DNA of 64,000 nucleotides from Escherichia coli (GTDB lineage Bacteria; Pseudomonadota; Gammaproteobacteria; Enterobacterales; Enterobacteriaceae): NCBI RefSeq assembly GCF_003991155.1, contig NZ_CP031293.1; one strand, 5' to 3'. Shown piece by piece: positions 61,715 to 64,000 of this stretch (position 1 is its first letter; each line of letters starts with the position of its first letter). The notes under the pieces were generated by a model. It saw only the letters and a program-made list of their open reading frames with translations, ran no database searches and was not told where the DNA came from. The position numbers and the translations under genes were made by a program.

Positions 61715-62554
61715 ATGAAAATATTCCGTTTGATAACCTGTTTGTTACTACTGATGTTTGCGGGGACGGGCGCGCAGGCAGCGAAAAAGATTGCCACGTT
61801 GCATACGTTTTCGGGCTTTTCCACTTACAGTACGCATGTCATGTACTACCTTGATATTCTTACCCCCGAAGGCGTTAAGCATGGTGTGTATAAGAACTCC
61901 ACTACTCTGTTGAAAGTGGGTTATCTGGAAAATGTTAGCTGGACAGGGAGTGATACCCCGCCCGATTTATATTTGAATGCTTTTAGTTCAGCACCGAAGT
62001 CAAGCTGTCCAGGACTTGACGAATACGATGCCCGGTCTAAGACCGACTGGGTCTGCTACGAGATGCCTATCGATGTTTATTATGATGCCGACGTGCATGG
62101 CTGCCCATGGCTAGTCACAACGCGTAATGAGAGTTCTGTGCCGTCAGACACGGTTGGCCCCTATATTGGCCCGCAGGCGCGTAACTCGACCTGTCCGGTC
62201 TCAGTGGCCACCTATGATATTTCGTGGAGTGAAGACTACATCTTGTATACGAAGGTGCTGTCGTTGCAGTCGACGGGCGGCATGATTGAAAAAACGCTCC
62301 CGACCTTCCTGATGGAAAACGGCAGGCTTTGCGACGGCAGCCAGATGGATGACCGCGGTGCGTACTGCCGCTTTGTAGCTGAGATGATCACGTTCTCCAC
62401 CTCCGGCTGCGACAATTCAAGCGTTACGGTTACGCCCAACCGACACCCCATTACGGACAAACAACTGCACGACATGGTGGTGCAGGTGGATACCAGCAGC
62501 AGGCAGCCGATTGATTCCACCTGCCGCTTCCAGTACACGCTCAACGAACTGTAG
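61715..62554 (+). CDS. yfcO: Cys-rich secreted protein at the end of the yfc operon (possible tip adhesin)
   Basis: signal peptide MKIFRLITCLLLLMFAGTGAQA; ATG at 61715, track ORF starts at TTG 61700. Confidence 0.75.
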   Translation: MKIFRLITCLLLLMFAGTGAQAAKKIATLHTFSGFSTYSTHVMYYLDILTPEGVKHGVYKNSTTLLKVGYLENVSWTGSDTPPDLYLNAFSSAPKSSCPGLDEYDARSKTDWVCYEMPIDVYYDADVHGCPWLVTTRNESSVPSDTVGPYIGPQARNSTCPVSVATYDISWSEDYILYTKVLSLQSTGGMIEKTLPTFLMENGRLCDGSQMDDRGAYCRFVAEMITFSTSGCDNSSVTVTPNRHPITDKQLHDMVVQVDTSSRQPIDSTCRFQYTLNEL

Positions 62555-62572
62555 CGCATACACCACACGACG

Positions 62573-62594
62573 CGGGGCCATCTGGCCCCGTTGT
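62573..62594. terminator. hairpin between convergent yfcO and the HNH-like gene
   Basis: CGGGGCCA-TC-TGGCCCCG GC-rich palindrome followed by TTGTCCGTT. Confidence 0.45.
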
Positions 62595-62602
62595 CCGTTA
62601 TG

Positions 62603-63226
62603 TCATGCGGTCATCCAGTTTTTTAGAATATTCGCCACCACGGGAGCGAAAGGTGCCAGATAACCGTCGACGGGGGTGAGTAATTCGTCGATAACCGCTT
62701 GCAGCAGGTCGTCATCTTCAAGCCCCTCTGAAGGGTCAATGCCATTAGCCCACAGAAGGCTGTCGGAAAGCTGCTTACGTTTTTCAATCAATGCCCGATT
62801 ATTACGTTCACTATCGCCAAGGTTGAGTACCTTAATCGCATCGATAGCTCTCGGCGTCGTCCCTTCAATTCGACCACTGATCTTGAAGATAAACTCGGTT
62901 TCACATTCCGGCATAAGCGGCGTTAACAGCAATGGCTGGTTCTTATGCGAGTCGTCACACTGGCCTTTTGTTTTGCAGCTTGCAACGATATTCGTGAATT
63001 CCAGACTGCGAGCAGGAGCTAAATCCCTGGCTTCGACATGTTCATTAACGGTATCGCGGTTTGTACCTGTCACGCGATCGCAGCAATAAGCACAGAGATA
63101 AAATTGCTCCTGAGCGCACTGCTGGCTGAGATCGCCAACGATATCCCATTTTTTTTGCGCATAAAGTTCCTGAAACCACTGATTGGCATTTTTATCCCGT
63201 GGTTTTGCTCTCACCCACTGTTGCAT
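62603..63226 (-). CDS. HNH-like nuclease domain protein (Septu PtuB-like)
   Basis: 207 aa; Cys/His pattern LCAYCCDRV...NEHVEA...NIVASCKTKGQCDDSHK consistent with a zinc-stabilised HNH fold; overlaps the upstream ATPase gene by 35 nt. Confidence 0.5.
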   Translation of the reverse strand: MQQWVRAKPRDKNANQWFQELYAQKKWDIVGDLSQQCAQEQFYLCAYCCDRVTGTNRDTVNEHVEARDLAPARSLEFTNIVASCKTKGQCDDSHKNQPLLLTPLMPECETEFIFKISGRIEGTTPRAIDAIKVLNLGDSERNNRALIEKRKQLSDSLLWANGIDPSEGLEDDDLLQAVIDELLTPVDGYLAPFAPVVANILKNWMTA

Positions 63227-64000
63227 TGCGAATATCCGTATCCATCACATTCAAAAGCACAGTATTCGCATCTTGCCCATACAGAGACGGGAGCTGCGTT
63301 AATTCGCCATCATCCAGAGAATAAACCAGCACATCTTTGCAATCACTGATCACTAAAGGAGAGTGGGTTGTTAAGACAAACTGGCAATGTGGGAATGTTG
63401 TCGTCAGACGCTGGATGATTGTACGCTGCCATGTTGGATGCAGGTGCATGTCCACTTCATCAATTAATACAATTCCCTCGCCGTTTAGCGGGTTTTCTAA
63501 CATCGGGTTCATCATTGCCAGGCGGCGAGCAATATCGCCGACTAACGCCATCAGTGATTTTTCACCCTGCGATAATTGCAGCACATTCAGTGTCTGGCCA
63601 TTTTTATCTATCGACATATGCAGGCGAGGTTTACGCCTGACGCGTAAGTTGCTGAACCCTGGCATAAAGCGACTAATGGCCGTTCTGACGGCGGTCAACT
63701 GGCGATCCCGGGACGAGGCCATGATTGCCGTTAATGCATTTAAGACGGCGTTATCGAGATCTATCCTGGTACTGAGCTTATCCAGAACGTCTTGCGGTAA
63801 GCCCGATTCATTTTCTGCATCTTCGCGATTGCGAAACCACTCAAAGAAACGGCGGAAATCAATACCCTGATTCAGGGCGTTATCGTAGCCATCCAGTTGC
63901 AAAAAATTATGACGTTCTTTTATTTTCAACGGCACATCCAGCACGACACGTTCTACGGGATAGAAGGCGATAAGCGGGAAGGATGCCCCGCTATTCTGGG
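63192..64000 (-). CDS. ABC/SMC-like ATPase (Septu PtuA-like), 5' end beyond window
   Basis: LSQGEKSLMAL signature-like motif, Walker B VLIDEVDMHLHP and TTHSP loop; reading frame stays open to the window edge, so the Walker A region is not visible; no C-terminal Toprim. Confidence 0.55.
   Translation of the reverse strand, partial: QNSGASFPLIAFYPVERVVLDVPLKIKERHNFLQLDGYDNALNQGIDFRRFFEWFRNREDAENESGLPQDVLDKLSTRIDLDNAVLNALTAIMASSRDRQLTAVRTAISRFMPGFSNLRVRRKPRLHMSIDKNGQTLNVLQLSQGEKSLMALVGDIARRLAMMNPMLENPLNGEGIVLIDEVDMHLHPTWQRTIIQRLTTTFPHCQFVLTTHSPLVISDCKDVLVYSLDDGELTQLPSLYGQDANTVLLNVMDTDIRNATVGESKTTG

Noticed and set aside
1..64000. CRISPR arrays, rRNA genes, insertion sequences or transposases
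   Set aside because: No regularly spaced direct repeats, no rRNA-like sequence and no transposase-like ORF were seen anywhere in the window.

Overview
This window is an Escherichia coli chromosomal segment matching, from memory of gene order and protein lengths, the K-12 region yfeO-glk-fryBC-ypdFE-fryA-ypdCB-alaC-lpxP-yfdX-frc-oxc-yfdVE-evgSA-emrKY-dsdAXC ... argW-yfdC-mlaA-yfdF-fadL-yfcZ-fadIJ-sixA-yfcVUSRQPO. All identifications rest on reading the translated ORFs and on remembered synteny; no database search was run. Most of the window is core genome. Two accessory regions stand out. (1) An AT-rich island of about 12 kb between dsdC and the 3' end of tRNA-Arg argW, where K-12 carries the CPS-53 prophage: it holds two FimB/FimE-family tyrosine recombinases, a candidate invertible promoter switch bounded by 7-bp inverted repeats, a LuxR-type regulator, a 2639-aa AIDA-type autotransporter adhesin and a Skp/OmpH-like chaperone gene. 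This resembles the ipuA-ipbA/ipuS/ipuR-upaE phase-variation locus of uropathogenic E. coli, so the system is probably already described; the inverted-repeat assignment is my own reading. (2) At the right edge, beside the yfc fimbrial operon, a truncated ABC-type ATPase gene followed by a small HNH-like gene, resembling a Septu (PtuA/PtuB) or retron-associated anti-phage module. Other differences from K-12 are a ypdA sensor kinase reduced to its C-terminal catalytic half, an intact yfc usher gene and an extra internal repeat in yfdF. No CRISPR array, rRNA or insertion sequence was seen. Where the ORF track began at TTG or GTG, starts were moved to the likely ATG or GTG.
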